From Marispirochaeta sp. (GTDB lineage: Bacteria > Spirochaetota > Spirochaetia > JC444 > Marispirochaetaceae), in contig CAXXFF010000004.1 of the NCBI GenBank assembly GCA_963676835.2, positions 64,001 through 128,000 of the forward strand: a stretch of 64,000 nt of DNA. The letters run 5' to 3'. Under the pieces are notes generated by a model. It was not told where the DNA came from. It searched no databases and saw nothing but the letters and a program-made list of their open reading frames with translations. The translations under genes and the position numbers were made by a program. Below, in pieces: positions 26,969-38,307 of the stretch (positions are counted from its first letter, which is position 1; every line of letters starts with the position of its first letter).

Positions 26969-27649
26969 CTAGTCCAGATCATCCAGGGTAATCTCTACCC
27001 ACTGCTCTTCAATCTCCGGATCGATGGTAAGCTGAAAGGAATAGGAGTCATCGTCTGCATCTATGGCCATTATGTCATAGGCAATTCCACCCTCGGAAGG
27101 AAAGAGCAGAACCTCTACCTCTTCGTAGGGCATCAGGGTCGTCTCATAGTCCATAAAATCTATACCGTACATATCCGAATCCGCCGGGGAAATAAACAGG
27201 TAATAAAGCTCAAATCCGGTTGTATTCTCAATTGAGAGAGCCACAAGATCCTCTTCAAACTCTTCCATATCTACAGTGTCAGTAATTTTATCGGGACTGA
27301 GTACAATACGGGCAACTTCTCCCTCCTGCATGGTGTTGCTGTAAAGCTCATATACATTCCCCATCTCATCCACTGCTTTGAAATCAAAATCTGCTGATTC
27401 GCCGGGAAAGCTGATGTAGTAGCCGATCTCTTCACCTGAATCAAAGGTGCGGGTTGAACCAAGAACATCGGGACCCCAGTATTCGCTGTCTCCGGGTGAG
27501 AAAAAGAGATAGTAAATGCTGTTGCCGGTTTTGTTCCGGAAATTGATTTCATTGAAATAGTCATCAGCAAACAGGTCGAAGGAAAACAGCAGAGTTACAA
27601 GGATTATAAGAGTTACAAGAATAATCGGGTTTCGAACAGGTTTCATCAT
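26969..27649 (-). CDS. Secreted acidic protein with a tandemly duplicated ~95-aa domain
   Basis: Signal peptide; two copies of NxTGxxxYYLFxSPxDSxxxGxD...DxxAxD; exact start uncertain. Confidence 0.7.
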   Translation of the reverse strand: MMKPVRNPIILVTLIILVTLLFSFDLFADDYFNEINFRNKTGNSIYYLFFSPGDSEYWGPDVLGSTRTFDSGEEIGYYISFPGESADFDFKAVDEMGNVYELYSNTMQEGEVARIVLSPDKITDTVDMEEFEEDLVALSIENTTGFELYYLFISPADSDMYGIDFMDYETTLMPYEEVEVLLFPSEGGIAYDIMAIDADDDSYSFQLTIDPEIEEQWVEITLDDLD

Positions 27650-27818
27650 TGCCTCCATATATTCATCACTAAAACAGTACAGATTTCAGTATAATAAACC
27701 ACCGGAGCAAACACAAAACAAACAGTGCAGATCGCTTTTCTCTGGGCTTTTTTATGATTATATGGTAAAAATAATCACATTTATTGTGCGTTCATTATCG
27801 TTCCGGAGGAAAAAACTT

Positions 27819-29234
27819 GTGAAAAGCCGGTTTCTGTTTATTATTCTGCTGTTGAGTGTTGCGGCGCTCCTGCCCCTGACAGCGGAATCCTATAGAATTA
27901 AAGAAGTTAACTACCATATCGACGGAATTACCCGGGAAGGAGCTCTGATGAAAGAGCTCGAGGATCTGATGCCGGAAACTGTTTTTTCGTCCAAAGAAGA
28001 GCTGGAGACCTTCATTGCCCTGCAGCAGCAGCTGTTGATGAACCTCCGGCAGCTGAAGGAAGATTCCACCATAGAATACAGCATCGAAGAGGGCTCCAAC
28101 GATGTAATCATCGATGTCTATACAAAAGACACCTGGAATATTATTGTCTTCCCTATTCCCGAATACGACTCCAACAACGGTTTCTCTCTTACCTTGAAAT
28201 ACCGGGATAAAAATTTCTTCGGAACCCTGGAACGTTTCGCACTGAATTTCGCCTGGGAAACAAAAGACAGCGAGAACACGGTAAACATAGACGGTGAATT
28301 CACCTTACCCTTTGAGTGGAAGCAGCACCAGTGGTACTGGAATACCGGAGCAGACTGGGAATACTCAGATGGCGAACACGACCTGGAAACCTATACAGGT
28401 CTGGGGATCGATTTTGCCGTGGGAAATTATCTGCCCACATTTACGGTAACTGAAACCTTCAACTACGATACTGCAGATACGGCTGATGAAAACTGGTTCA
28501 CCACCAACTTCTCAATAGCGGAAGCATTTGATACAGGCCTTGTTCTGCCCGGGTTTGAAGAGTTCACCTATACCCCGTCACTCTACTCCGAGATAGATTA
28601 CAAGTTTGACGGCGCCATTTCGGAATCCAAAGAAGGGCTGGAAGTCGGTTTCGGTCAGACCCTGGCCGCCGGCCGGGTAGACTGGATTGGCAATTTCAGA
28701 AAAGGTGTTGATTTCAGTGTGGCTAATACCAATACCCGCAACCTGCAGCACGCCTACTGGGACAGGGATCTGACCATGTCTCTCTCCGGCTACTCTCCCC
28801 TGCCCTTTAAAATCCTTTTCTGGAACATGGCGGTTTCCGGAAGAATTGCCGGTCTTGCGGAGTTTGACGGAGTTGAGGATGATGCCGCTTCTTACATCAG
28901 GGGTATCCGTGATACCAAGATGGGAACTATGGTGGAATACGGCGGTTTTATAAACACCGACCTGACAATGCGTGCCTTTACCATTCCCAAATTTGTCGAG
29001 GCCCAGGGGTCCGTCTATTTTGACGCCGGCTGGGTTCAGGAAAAAGATATCAGTTTTGACCCGGATCAGCACTTTAAAATGGGTGTCGGAATTGAAGCCA
29101 TCGGCTTTCCCCTCTTTGCCCGCAGTTACTTCCTCCGGGGATCTCTCGGTTTTGACCTGAAAGAGATGATGGATGAAGGTACCTGGAGAGGCGATAACTA
29201 CGAACTCTTCATCGTACTGGGACACCACTACTAG
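27819..29234 (+). CDS. Omp85/BamA-TamA-like outer membrane protein with one POTRA-like domain
   Basis: Signal peptide; POTRA-like I.G.TRE...DVIIDVYTKDTW; barrel start YRDKNFFGT; IRG motif, YFDAG and C-terminal F..LGHHY. Confidence 0.65.
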   Translation: MKSRFLFIILLLSVAALLPLTAESYRIKEVNYHIDGITREGALMKELEDLMPETVFSSKEELETFIALQQQLLMNLRQLKEDSTIEYSIEEGSNDVIIDVYTKDTWNIIVFPIPEYDSNNGFSLTLKYRDKNFFGTLERFALNFAWETKDSENTVNIDGEFTLPFEWKQHQWYWNTGADWEYSDGEHDLETYTGLGIDFAVGNYLPTFTVTETFNYDTADTADENWFTTNFSIAEAFDTGLVLPGFEEFTYTPSLYSEIDYKFDGAISESKEGLEVGFGQTLAAGRVDWIGNFRKGVDFSVANTNTRNLQHAYWDRDLTMSLSGYSPLPFKILFWNMAVSGRIAGLAEFDGVEDDAASYIRGIRDTKMGTMVEYGGFINTDLTMRAFTIPKFVEAQGSVYFDAGWVQEKDISFDPDQHFKMGVGIEAIGFPLFARSYFLRGSLGFDLKEMMDEGTWRGDNYELFIVLGHHY

Positions 29235-29250
29235 GATTTAAAAGAGAAAA

Positions 29251-29964
29251 ATGAAAATTCTGCCCATCAGACTCGGCCATGTCAGTGCCTACCTTGTTTC
29301 AAGCAAAGGCACTGCCATGCTGGTGGACACCGGGTTGCCCGGAAGCAGCCGTTCCATAAAAACATCCCTCGCCAAAGCGGGGGTTGTTGCGGACAATCTC
29401 AATCTTATAGTGCTTACCCATGCCCACTACGACCACGCAGGCTGTGCAGCCAGGCTCAAAGAAGAGTTCAATGCGCCGCTGCTTTGCACCGAAGAAGAAT
29501 CGGTCCATCTTGAAGCCGGCACTACCCCTTTTCCCCATGGGCTCAACCCCTATGCACGTATCATTACCGCCGCAGGACGAAAACTTCTGGGAACCCGCCG
29601 GCAGTTCGATCCCTGTACTGCGGATATCACCATCAAAGACTCCCTAAGGCTTGAAAGCTGGGGTATCGCAGGAACCGCATTGCCCTTTCCAGGACACTCC
29701 GCAGGCTCCCTTGCGCTAATACTTGATTCGGGGGAAGTATTTATCGGCGACGGAGCCTTTAATATCTTCCCCTCATCGGTGGTACCTCCCCTGGCGGACA
29801 GTACCGCACTGCTGCTTGAAAGCTGGAAAAAGCTGCTCTCATATGATTTTCATACCATCTACCCCGGACACGGCCGGCCTTTCAGACGGGAAAAGCTCGA
29901 AAACAGTCTGACTAAACTGGAAAGAATCGACCGCAAAATCAACAGAAAAAGGACAAACACATGA
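29251..29964 (+). CDS. MBL-fold metallo-hydrolase
   Basis: VDTG, THAHYDHAG, PGHS, GD and PGHG motifs. Confidence 0.9.
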   Translation: MKILPIRLGHVSAYLVSSKGTAMLVDTGLPGSSRSIKTSLAKAGVVADNLNLIVLTHAHYDHAGCAARLKEEFNAPLLCTEEESVHLEAGTTPFPHGLNPYARIITAAGRKLLGTRRQFDPCTADITIKDSLRLESWGIAGTALPFPGHSAGSLALILDSGEVFIGDGAFNIFPSSVVPPLADSTALLLESWKKLLSYDFHTIYPGHGRPFRREKLENSLTKLERIDRKINRKRTNT

Positions 29965-30722
29965 AAAGCATCTACTCCTGGAATGTAAACGGAATACGGG
30001 CAGCCCAGAAAAAAGGCCTCACAGAGTGGATGTCTGCACTCTCCGCAGATATTTTTGCCCTGCAGGAGACCAAGGCTCAGCCGGATCAGTTAGACGATGC
30101 TCTACTTAAACCGGAAGGCTATCGTGCATACTGGGCAAGTGCGGAGAAAAAAGGCTACAGCGGCGTCTGCGTCTATTCGAAAACAGAGCCGGAAAAAGTG
30201 GAAACCCTTAATGCTCATGAATTTGACTCCGAAGGACGGGGGCTGGTTCTTAATTTCCCCGAACTAACCCTTTTCAACTGCTATTTTCCCAACAGTCAGG
30301 CGGAAGGAGCCAGGCTGGACTATAAACTCGCCTTCTGCGGCCACCTCTTTGAACTTGCAAAAGAACGGGTAGCCGCCGGGGAAAACGTGGTAATAGTCGG
30401 GGACTATAATATTGCCCACAAGCCCATAGATCTGGCACGGCCGAAGCAGAACGAGCAGAATCCCGGCTATCTGCCGGAAGAAAGGGCATGGATGGACAGC
30501 TTTACCGAAGGCGGCTTTACCGATACCTTCCGCATGTTTAACCAGGAAGGGGATAACTACAGCTGGTGGTCCTACAGGGCCGGGGCACGGCAGAAGAATA
30601 TCGGATGGAGAATTGATTACCTCTGCATCAATGACGGATTCAGGGATTCCATCGAGTCATCATCAATTCATCCCGATGTAATGGGCTCCGACCACTGTCC
30701 CGTGTCAATAAGACTTAAATAG
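29961..30722 (+). CDS. xth: Exodeoxyribonuclease III
   Basis: SWNVNGIRA, LQETK, GDYNIAH, GWRIDY and SDHCP motifs. Confidence 0.95.
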   Translation: MKSIYSWNVNGIRAAQKKGLTEWMSALSADIFALQETKAQPDQLDDALLKPEGYRAYWASAEKKGYSGVCVYSKTEPEKVETLNAHEFDSEGRGLVLNFPELTLFNCYFPNSQAEGARLDYKLAFCGHLFELAKERVAAGENVVIVGDYNIAHKPIDLARPKQNEQNPGYLPEERAWMDSFTEGGFTDTFRMFNQEGDNYSWWSYRAGARQKNIGWRIDYLCINDGFRDSIESSSIHPDVMGSDHCPVSIRLK

Positions 30723-30951
30723 TAAGATTTTTGTTAAATCCCTATTGCCGTCTATACACAATAATCTTTCCATGATAGATTCAGGACAATCAAACAGCGG
30801 CACCCCGGTCGGTGCTGCGCTTTGTATGTAGCTTATCTGATACTTTTCAAGTTATTACCAGGCAAAACAACACTTCCGCCGCGACCGGACCGGCACAAAT
30901 GTTTTGAAGAAAAACATGCCGCGACGTCGGATACACACGGAGATTTATTCT

Positions 30952-32571
30952 ATGACTCACTCAAAAAACGGCTCCAGTCAGGGGTCGGCAAACGCATTCA
31001 GCGAACTCGGTCTTATTCCGGAGCTGCAGAAGGCAGTTCTCGACAAAGGCTATACGACCCCCACCCCGGTTCAGGCTCAGGCTATCCCCCTTATTCTTCA
31101 TGGCGAAGATGTGCTCGGCGGTGCCCAGACAGGTACCGGCAAGACTGCAGCCTTTGTTCTGCCCATTCTGCAGCGCCTCGGCAAAGCCGGAGGCCCGAAG
31201 AGCAAACCCAGGGCCCTTATTCTTACTCCTACACGGGAGCTCGCCGCCCAGGTACACCAGAGCGTGGTGGACTACGGCACCAACATTAAGATGTTTTCCA
31301 CCTGTATCTACGGCGGCGTCGGCATGACCCCCCAGATCCGGGCTATCAGACGGGGTATAGATATTATCGTTGCAACCCCGGGACGGCTGCTGGACCATAT
31401 GGGTCAGGGGCATATCGACCTGAGTAAAGTTGAAACCTTTGTTCTCGATGAAGCCGACAGAATGCTTGATATGGGTTTTATCCACGACATACGTAAAGTG
31501 GAAGCGGAACTGCCCAAGGACAGGCAGAACCTGCTCTTTTCCGCTACCTATTCGGATGATATAAGAAAGCTTGCTCAGTCCATTCTGCATAATCCGGTAT
31601 CCGTCGAGGTTACCCCGCGGAATACTGCTGCAGACACCATAACCCATAAGGTTCATCCTGTAGCCAAAGGTGCAAAAAAAGACCTTCTGGTTAAGCTGAT
31701 AAAAGAGAACAACTGGTACCGTATCCTGGTGTTCACCCGCACCAAACACGGTGCCGACAGGCTGGCAAAGCAGCTTTATAAAGAGGGCATCGTCTCTGCG
31801 GCGATCCACGGCAATAAAAGCCAGGCTGCCCGGACCAAGGCACTGAAGGAATTCAAGGCCGGTAAGGTACAGACCCTGGTGGCCACCGATATTGCCGCCA
31901 GAGGAATTGATATTGACGAACTTCCCCACGTTGTAAACTACGAACTCCCCAATATTCCCGAAGACTATATTCACCGCATCGGCCGTACCGGACGGGCGGG
32001 AGCTGACGGTCTTGCATCATCACTGGTAAGTGCCGATGAAAACAGCTATCTCCGGGGTATAGAAAAGCTTCTTAAAAAAGGCATTGAAGTCGAAAGAATC
32101 GAGGGATTTGAACAGGAACAGGATGCAGGCCCTCCCCCCCATGTAGTTGCCGGCCGCAAGAGAAATGCCCTGGCTGAAGAGCGGCGCAGACAGTTCGGTC
32201 CCCGGAAGAACAACAACCGCGACCGTTTCGGCGATGAAAACCGGCAGGACCGGGGTGATAGAAATAATAGAAACGAAAGAAGCGGCAGCAAAGGCCGGAG
32301 ACAGGACGGCCGTAAACAGGACAGCCTGAGACAAAATACCAGGCCGGAACGGGATAACAGGAATGACCGGAGTCCCAGAGAAAACCGTGAAGAACGGGGC
32401 AACCGGAACAACAACGCTTCCAAGCCTGCTTTTAATCAGGATCAGAGCCGAAACCGGGGAAACAGCAATTCCGGCGGCAGGTCAGGCAGGTCCCGCAATA
32501 ATGACAAGCCGGACTTCAGCAAGGCACGGCGCCTTATTGATGAGATAACCGGCAAGCAAACCCGCAATTGA
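30952..32571 (+). CDS. rhlE: DEAD-box RNA helicase (RhlE-like) with a long basic low-complexity tail
   Basis: [27 protein letters not shown] and [10 protein letters not shown] motifs. Confidence 0.88.
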   Translation: MTHSKNGSSQGSANAFSELGLIPELQKAVLDKGYTTPTPVQAQAIPLILHGEDVLGGAQTGTGKTAAFVLPILQRLGKAGGPKSKPRALILTPTRELAAQVHQSVVDYGTNIKMFSTCIYGGVGMTPQIRAIRRGIDIIVATPGRLLDHMGQGHIDLSKVETFVLDEADRMLDMGFIHDIRKVEAELPKDRQNLLFSATYSDDIRKLAQSILHNPVSVEVTPRNTAADTITHKVHPVAKGAKKDLLVKLIKENNWYRILVFTRTKHGADRLAKQLYKEGIVSAAIHGNKSQAARTKALKEFKAGKVQTLVATDIAARGIDIDELPHVVNYELPNIPEDYIHRIGRTGRAGADGLASSLVSADENSYLRGIEKLLKKGIEVERIEGFEQEQDAGPPPHVVAGRKRNALAEERRRQFGPRKNNNRDRFGDENRQDRGDRNNRNERSGSKGRRQDGRKQDSLRQNTRPERDNRNDRSPRENREERGNRNNNASKPAFNQDQSRNRGNSNSGGRSGRSRNNDKPDFSKARRLIDEITGKQTRN

Positions 32572-32637
32572 CGACAGGCCCTATATCCCGTATGTTGAAA
32601 AGGCCAAGAAAACGCCATTTAACATACGGGAGGGTTT

Positions 32638-34551
32638 ATGCGCAGGATTCTTGTCTCAGCTCTGCTTCTTCTTACCACAACTGCTTTTCTTTCAGCACAG
32701 GTTACCGTTTCTCATGCCATTGCACTGCATGGTGAGCCGAAGTATGGCCCTGATTTTACCCATTTTGATTATGTAAATCCAAATGCACCGAAGGGCGGAA
32801 CCCTCAGGCTTCACGCTTTAGGTACCTATGACACTTTTAACCGTTATGGCTTGAGAGGGGATATGGATGGAGCAAGCGACTCCTTTTATGACACCCTCAT
32901 GACCCCATCGGATGATGAAATCAATGTCCTGTATGGACTTATTGCGGAAAAGATTGAATATCCGGCAGATTTCACCTGGGTTATCTTTCATATAAACCCG
33001 AAAGCCAGACATCAGGATGGAAAGCCGATAACTGCAGAGGATGTAGCTTTTTCATTTAACCTGTTAATGGAAAAAGGAGTTCCTCAATACCGAACATATT
33101 ACGATGGGGTTACAGCCGAGGTTTTAAGCAAGCTTAAAATCCGCTTCAATCTTCCTGAAGGCGACAAGGAAATGGTGTCATCCCTGGCAAGTACTACAAT
33201 ATTTCCTCCTCAATACTGGACAGAACATGATATTGCAGAACCGAGTACGGAAGTTCCCCTTGGGTCAGGAGCCTATACCGTCTCTGATTATAAAATGGGG
33301 CAGTATATCGTTTACGAACGGATAAAAGACTACTGGGCCATGGACCTTCCGGTAAACAAAGGAAAATTGAATTTTGATTACATCCGCTACGATTATTACC
33401 GTGATGAGAATGTATCCCTGGAAGCCTTTAAAGCAGGCGAATACGACTTTTACCAGGAGACAATCGCTAAAAACTGGTTCACCCTTCACTCCGGACCTAA
33501 TTACGATGCCGGCTATATAAAAAAAGAGGAGATTCCCCATGACATCCCCCAGGGCATGCCCGGCTTTGTTTTCAATATTGAGAGGGAAATATTTAAAGAC
33601 CGCAGAGTCCGACAGGCATTAAACCTTGCCCTGGATTTTGAATGGATGAATAAGAACCTCTTTTACAGCCAGTACACCAGAACCCGCAGCTATTTTCAGA
33701 ACTCCGAATATGAAGCGAAAGGGCTGCCTTCTCCTGACGAGCTTAAAATCCTGGAACCGATAAAAAATCAGATACCACAGGAAGTTTTCACTAAAGAGTA
33801 CAATCCATCTGTTACCGACGGGACTGGTAACATCAGAAATCAGATACGCGAAGCCCTGGCTATTCTCAAGGAGGCTGGATGGGAAATCCGCGAAGTTGCA
33901 GATCCTGATACCGCCCTTGAAGATAAGCAGGAAGAGGAGAAGCAGGGACTCTGGCAGAAGATAACCGGCTTCTTCGGCGGGGGCGAGAAACAATCCGGTG
34001 TACGGCGCCTGGTCAATGTGGAAACCGGCAAACCCATGGAATTTGAACTTATCATCTACACTCCATCCTATGAGCGGGTGGCAATCCCCCTTCAGCAGAA
34101 CCTTGAGAAGATGGGGATTACCATGAATATCCGCACCATCGATCCAACACAGTATCTTAACCGGGCACGGGAACGGGATTTTGATATGATCGACTGGGGC
34201 TACAGCGCTCAAGCACAACCCGGATCTGATCTTAAGGTAGTGTGGCACTCCGATTACCTTGACTCTACCTATAACCGTGCCGGGGTCCAGGACCCTGCTG
34301 TAGACTATCTGGTTGAAGGTGTGGTTGATAATCAGGAAGATGAAGTTGTATTGAAAGAGTGGACCCATGCCCTGGACAGGGTTCTGACCTGGAATTATTA
34401 CGTGATTCCCTGGTGGCACCAGGCAAAATTCAGGGTTTCCAGCTGGAATAAATTCTCCCGCCCCGAATTACGTCCCAAATATGCCCTTGGCATTGACACA
34501 TGGTGGTTCGATGCGGCCAAGAACGCAAGTTTGCCTGAAAAATTCCGCTGA
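32638..34551 (+). CDS. yejA: Peptide/microcin C ABC transporter substrate-binding protein
   Basis: [47 protein letters not shown] and LDRVL...YYVIP motifs. Confidence 0.9.
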   Translation: MRRILVSALLLLTTTAFLSAQVTVSHAIALHGEPKYGPDFTHFDYVNPNAPKGGTLRLHALGTYDTFNRYGLRGDMDGASDSFYDTLMTPSDDEINVLYGLIAEKIEYPADFTWVIFHINPKARHQDGKPITAEDVAFSFNLLMEKGVPQYRTYYDGVTAEVLSKLKIRFNLPEGDKEMVSSLASTTIFPPQYWTEHDIAEPSTEVPLGSGAYTVSDYKMGQYIVYERIKDYWAMDLPVNKGKLNFDYIRYDYYRDENVSLEAFKAGEYDFYQETIAKNWFTLHSGPNYDAGYIKKEEIPHDIPQGMPGFVFNIEREIFKDRRVRQALNLALDFEWMNKNLFYSQYTRTRSYFQNSEYEAKGLPSPDELKILEPIKNQIPQEVFTKEYNPSVTDGTGNIRNQIREALAILKEAGWEIREVADPDTALEDKQEEEKQGLWQKITGFFGGGEKQSGVRRLVNVETGKPMEFELIIYTPSYERVAIPLQQNLEKMGITMNIRTIDPTQYLNRARERDFDMIDWGYSAQAQPGSDLKVVWHSDYLDSTYNRAGVQDPAVDYLVEGVVDNQEDEVVLKEWTHALDRVLTWNYYVIPWWHQAKFRVSSWNKFSRPELRPKYALGIDTWWFDAAKNASLPEKFR

Positions 34552-35651
34552 TGGCAAACTATATACTCCGAAGGCTGCTCCTGATCATCCCCACCCTCTG
34601 GGCAATTATCACGGTTAATTTTTTCATTATCCAGATTGCCCCGGGAGGGCCGGTTGATCAGGCAATTGCCAAAATGTCCGGTATCGAAAGCAATATGGTT
34701 ATGGAGCGTATTTCCGGGCAGGGGGCAAAAGAGACAAGCAATGAAGAAATAAAGCAGGAAGCTGGAAGCTATCGGGGCTCCCGGGGGCTGAATCCTGAAG
34801 TAATCGCCGAAATAGAAAAACGCTTCGGCTTCGATAAACCCCTGTATATCCGCTACTTCAGTATGCTTGCACGCTACGCCACTTTCAACTTCGGAGAAAG
34901 CCTCTTTAAAGGGCGTTCTGTAATCGGGCTTATTGCAGACCGCATGCCGGTATCCATCTCTCTGGGTATCTGGAGCACCCTGATTATCTACCTTGTATCC
35001 ATTCCTTTAGGGATACGCAAAGCAGTAAAACACGGCAGCCGCTTCGATATCTGGAGCTCCACTGCGGTAATACTGGGCAATGCGATTCCGGTATTTCTTT
35101 TTGCCATTCTTCTGGTAATCCTTTTTGCCGGGGGAAGTTACCTGAAGATATTTCCCTTAAGAGGGCTTATATCCGACAACTGGCAGGATCTCTCCCTGTT
35201 CGGAAAAATTGCCGACTATTTCTGGCATCTGACCCTGCCCATCGCCGCCATGGTTATCGGCGGATTCGCAACCCTTACCATGCTTACCAAAAACTCCTTT
35301 CTGGACGAGATAAACAAGCAGTATGTAACTACCGCCCGTGCCAAGGGAGTAGCGGAGAACAAGATTCTGATACGCCATGTTTTCCGCAATGCCATGCTGC
35401 TTATCATCGCCGGTTTTCCTTCAGCCTTCATCAGCATGTTTTTTACCGGCAGCCTTTTAATAGAAGTGATTTTCTCACTTGAAGGGCTGGGACTTCTCGG
35501 ATTTGAAGCCACCATGCAGCGGGATTACCCGGTAATGTTCGGTACCCTCTATATGTTTACCCTGCTCGGGCTGGTTCTTAACTTGGTTTCCGACCTTACC
35601 TACACCCTGGTTGATCCCCGTATAGACTTTGAAAACCGGGAGGTAGGCTGA
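34551..35651 (+). CDS. yejB: Peptide ABC transporter permease
   Basis: [23 protein letters not shown] and DPRIDFE motifs. Confidence 0.92.
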   Translation: MANYILRRLLLIIPTLWAIITVNFFIIQIAPGGPVDQAIAKMSGIESNMVMERISGQGAKETSNEEIKQEAGSYRGSRGLNPEVIAEIEKRFGFDKPLYIRYFSMLARYATFNFGESLFKGRSVIGLIADRMPVSISLGIWSTLIIYLVSIPLGIRKAVKHGSRFDIWSSTAVILGNAIPVFLFAILLVILFAGGSYLKIFPLRGLISDNWQDLSLFGKIADYFWHLTLPIAAMVIGGFATLTMLTKNSFLDEINKQYVTTARAKGVAENKILIRHVFRNAMLLIIAGFPSAFISMFFTGSLLIEVIFSLEGLGLLGFEATMQRDYPVMFGTLYMFTLLGLVLNLVSDLTYTLVDPRIDFENREVG

Positions 35652-36706
35652 TGAAAAAAATACTTGGCATACTGAAAATGCGGCTTACCCCGGGAAAGAT
35701 TACCAGAGAGAGGCTGCGTCGTTTCAAGGCAAACCGAAGGGGCTGGTACTCGTTCTGGATATTTCTCACCCTGTTTTTTATAAGTCTCTTCTCCGAGCTG
35801 ATAGCCAATGATGATCCGCTGCTGATATTCAACCGGGGACATCTCTTTTTCCCGGTCCTGAAGGAATACCCGGAAACAGCCTTCGGCGGAGAGTTTGAAA
35901 TGGCCGCCGACTACCGCGACCCCTTTGTAATCGAGCTCATAGAGGAAAAGGGCTGGATTCTCTGGCCGCCTATACGCTTCAGTTACGATACTATCAACTA
36001 CAACCTGCCCTCCCCGGCACCGTCTCCTCCTACCGGCGAAAACTGGCTGGGCACCGATGACAAGGGAAGAGATGTTATCGCCCGACTGCTCTACGGCTTT
36101 CGTATTTCCGTCCTGTTTGGTCTTACTCTGACAATCTGTTCCACCATCATAGGGGTAACCGTAGGGGCGCTTATGGGCTATTACGGCGGACGGATCGATA
36201 TTTTAGGACAGCGCTTTATGGAAGTGTGGTCCGGCATGCCTACCCTGTTTCTGCTGATAATTCTGGCAAGTGTAATCCAGCCTAACTTCTGGTGGCTCCT
36301 TGGCATTACCCTGCTCTTCGGCTGGATGGGTCTGGTGGGGGTTGTGCGGGCGGAGTTCCTGCGGGGCCGTAACTTTGAGTATGTCCATGCTGCCAGGGCC
36401 ATGGGTCTGTCGGACCGGAAGATAATGTTCCGCCATATACTGCCCAATGCCATGGTGGCAACCCTTACCTTCATGCCCTTTATTCTGGGCGGCTCCATTA
36501 CAACCCTGACCAGTCTCGATTTTCTCGGTTTCGGCCTGCCCGTGGGCTCCCCCTCTCTGGGCGAACTTCTGGCCCAGGGAAAAGCCAATCTGCAGGCCCC
36601 CTGGCTGGGTATTTCAGCATTCCTGGTGTTAGCCGGCATGCTTACCCTGCTGGTCTTTGTGGGTGAAGCGGTACGGGACGCCTTTGATCCCCGGAGGGCT
36701 TCATGA
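35651..36706 (+). CDS. yejE: Peptide ABC transporter permease
   Basis: FKANRRG, YPETAFGG, LGTDDKGRD and VRAEFLRGR motifs. Confidence 0.92.
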   Translation: MKKILGILKMRLTPGKITRERLRRFKANRRGWYSFWIFLTLFFISLFSELIANDDPLLIFNRGHLFFPVLKEYPETAFGGEFEMAADYRDPFVIELIEEKGWILWPPIRFSYDTINYNLPSPAPSPPTGENWLGTDDKGRDVIARLLYGFRISVLFGLTLTICSTIIGVTVGALMGYYGGRIDILGQRFMEVWSGMPTLFLLIILASVIQPNFWWLLGITLLFGWMGLVGVVRAEFLRGRNFEYVHAARAMGLSDRKIMFRHILPNAMVATLTFMPFILGGSITTLTSLDFLGFGLPVGSPSLGELLAQGKANLQAPWLGISAFLVLAGMLTLLVFVGEAVRDAFDPRRAS

Positions 36707-38307
36707 GTAAAGACCTGATTACCATCGACAACCTGAGCCTGGCCTTCAAACAGGGAGGCGGACTTAATGAGGTTATTCACAATGTAAACCTCAACATTCA
36801 GCCCAATGAAATTCTTGCCTTGGTGGGAGAAAGCGGTTCCGGAAAAACAGTTACCGCAAGCTCAATACTGCGTCTCCTCGGTGACGAGCGGGTTGTCTAC
36901 CCTTCAGGACGCATTCTTTTCAGGGATACTGACATTCTGACCGCAGATGAAGAAACCCTGCGGTCTATCCGCGGCGGAAAGATCGGCATGATCTTCCAGG
37001 AGCCCATGAGTTCCCTTAATCCGCTTCACACAATAGAAAAACAGATAGGTGAGAGCCTCCTGATTCACCGGGGCCTCGGACTTGATGCCGCTCGGCCGCT
37101 TATTCTCGAATGGCTGAATAAGGTCGGCTTGAGGGATGCTGAAAAACGGATGAAGGCCTTTCCCCACGAACTTTCCGGCGGAGAGCGCCAGCGGGTTATG
37201 ATTGCCATGGCTATGGTAAACAATCCCGAACTGCTTATTGCCGATGAGCCGACTACAGCACTTGATGTTACCATTCAGGCCCAGATTCTCGATCTTATTC
37301 TGGAGCTGAAAAAAGAACTCTCCATGTCGGTGCTCTTCATTACCCACGATCTCTCCATTGTACGCCGCATTTCCGACAGGGTTGCGGTTATGCGCTATGG
37401 AAATTTGGTTGAGTGCACCGAAACAGAAAAACTCTTTACCGCCCCGGAGGCGGATTACAGTAAAGAACTGATTGCGGCGGAACCGGGAGGAAATCCTCCG
37501 GAAACCGAAGCGGAAGGAGAAGAGATTCTCGCTACAGATAATCTGAAGGTCTGGTTTCCCATACAGAAGGGTTTTCTCCGCCGAACTGTTGACCATGTAA
37601 AGGCCGTGGATGGTATCACTATCAGTGTCCGTAAGGGAAGAACCTTAGGGATTGTGGGGGAAAGCGGTTCGGGAAAAACCACCCTGGGACGGGCAGTTTT
37701 GAGACTGGTTTCAAGTGAAGGCGGAATCAGCTTCAGAAACACCAGGCTCCAGAGTATGAAAGAGAAGGAGTTCCGTCCCTTCAGGCGCAATATGCAGATG
37801 ATATTTCAGGACCCCTACGGCTCCTTGAGCCCGCGCCTTCCGGTGGAAACCATTATTGGAGAGGGACTGGAGGTTCATGATATTGCCTCCGGCAGTGAAA
37901 GGGATGCTCTTATAATCGCCGCAATGGAAGAGGTCGGTCTTGATCCGGAAACACGCTTCCGTTATCCCAATGAGTTTTCCGGCGGGCAGCGCCAGAGAAT
38001 CGCCCTGGCAAGAGCCCTGGTGCTGAAACCTGACTTTATTATTCTGGACGAACCTACATCGTCCCTGGACAGGTCTATCCAGTTTCAGGTTATCGAACTG
38101 CTGAAAACCCTGCAGAAGCGGCACAACCTGACCTATATTTTTATAAGTCATGATCTGAAGGTTGTGCGCTCACTCTGCCACGATATAATAATTATGAAAA
38201 ACGGCAAGGTTGTAGAATCCGGACCGGGAGCAGATATCTTTGCCAACCCGAAAGAAGAGTACACCCGGGAGCTTCTGCAGACCGCCTTCGGGGGCAGTTT
38301 TCAGTAG
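36703..38307 (+). CDS. yejF: Peptide ABC transporter double ATPase
   Basis: Two GESGSGK / SGG..QR ABC domains. Confidence 0.92.
   Translation: MSKDLITIDNLSLAFKQGGGLNEVIHNVNLNIQPNEILALVGESGSGKTVTASSILRLLGDERVVYPSGRILFRDTDILTADEETLRSIRGGKIGMIFQEPMSSLNPLHTIEKQIGESLLIHRGLGLDAARPLILEWLNKVGLRDAEKRMKAFPHELSGGERQRVMIAMAMVNNPELLIADEPTTALDVTIQAQILDLILELKKELSMSVLFITHDLSIVRRISDRVAVMRYGNLVECTETEKLFTAPEADYSKELIAAEPGGNPPETEAEGEEILATDNLKVWFPIQKGFLRRTVDHVKAVDGITISVRKGRTLGIVGESGSGKTTLGRAVLRLVSSEGGISFRNTRLQSMKEKEFRPFRRNMQMIFQDPYGSLSPRLPVETIIGEGLEVHDIASGSERDALIIAAMEEVGLDPETRFRYPNEFSGGQRQRIALARALVLKPDFIILDEPTSSLDRSIQFQVIELLKTLQKRHNLTYIFISHDLKVVRSLCHDIIIMKNGKVVESGPGADIFANPKEEYTRELLQTAFGGSFQ

Noticed and set aside
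30961..31974. 337-aa minus-strand ORF
   Set aside because: Typical antisense frame of a DEAD-box helicase gene.
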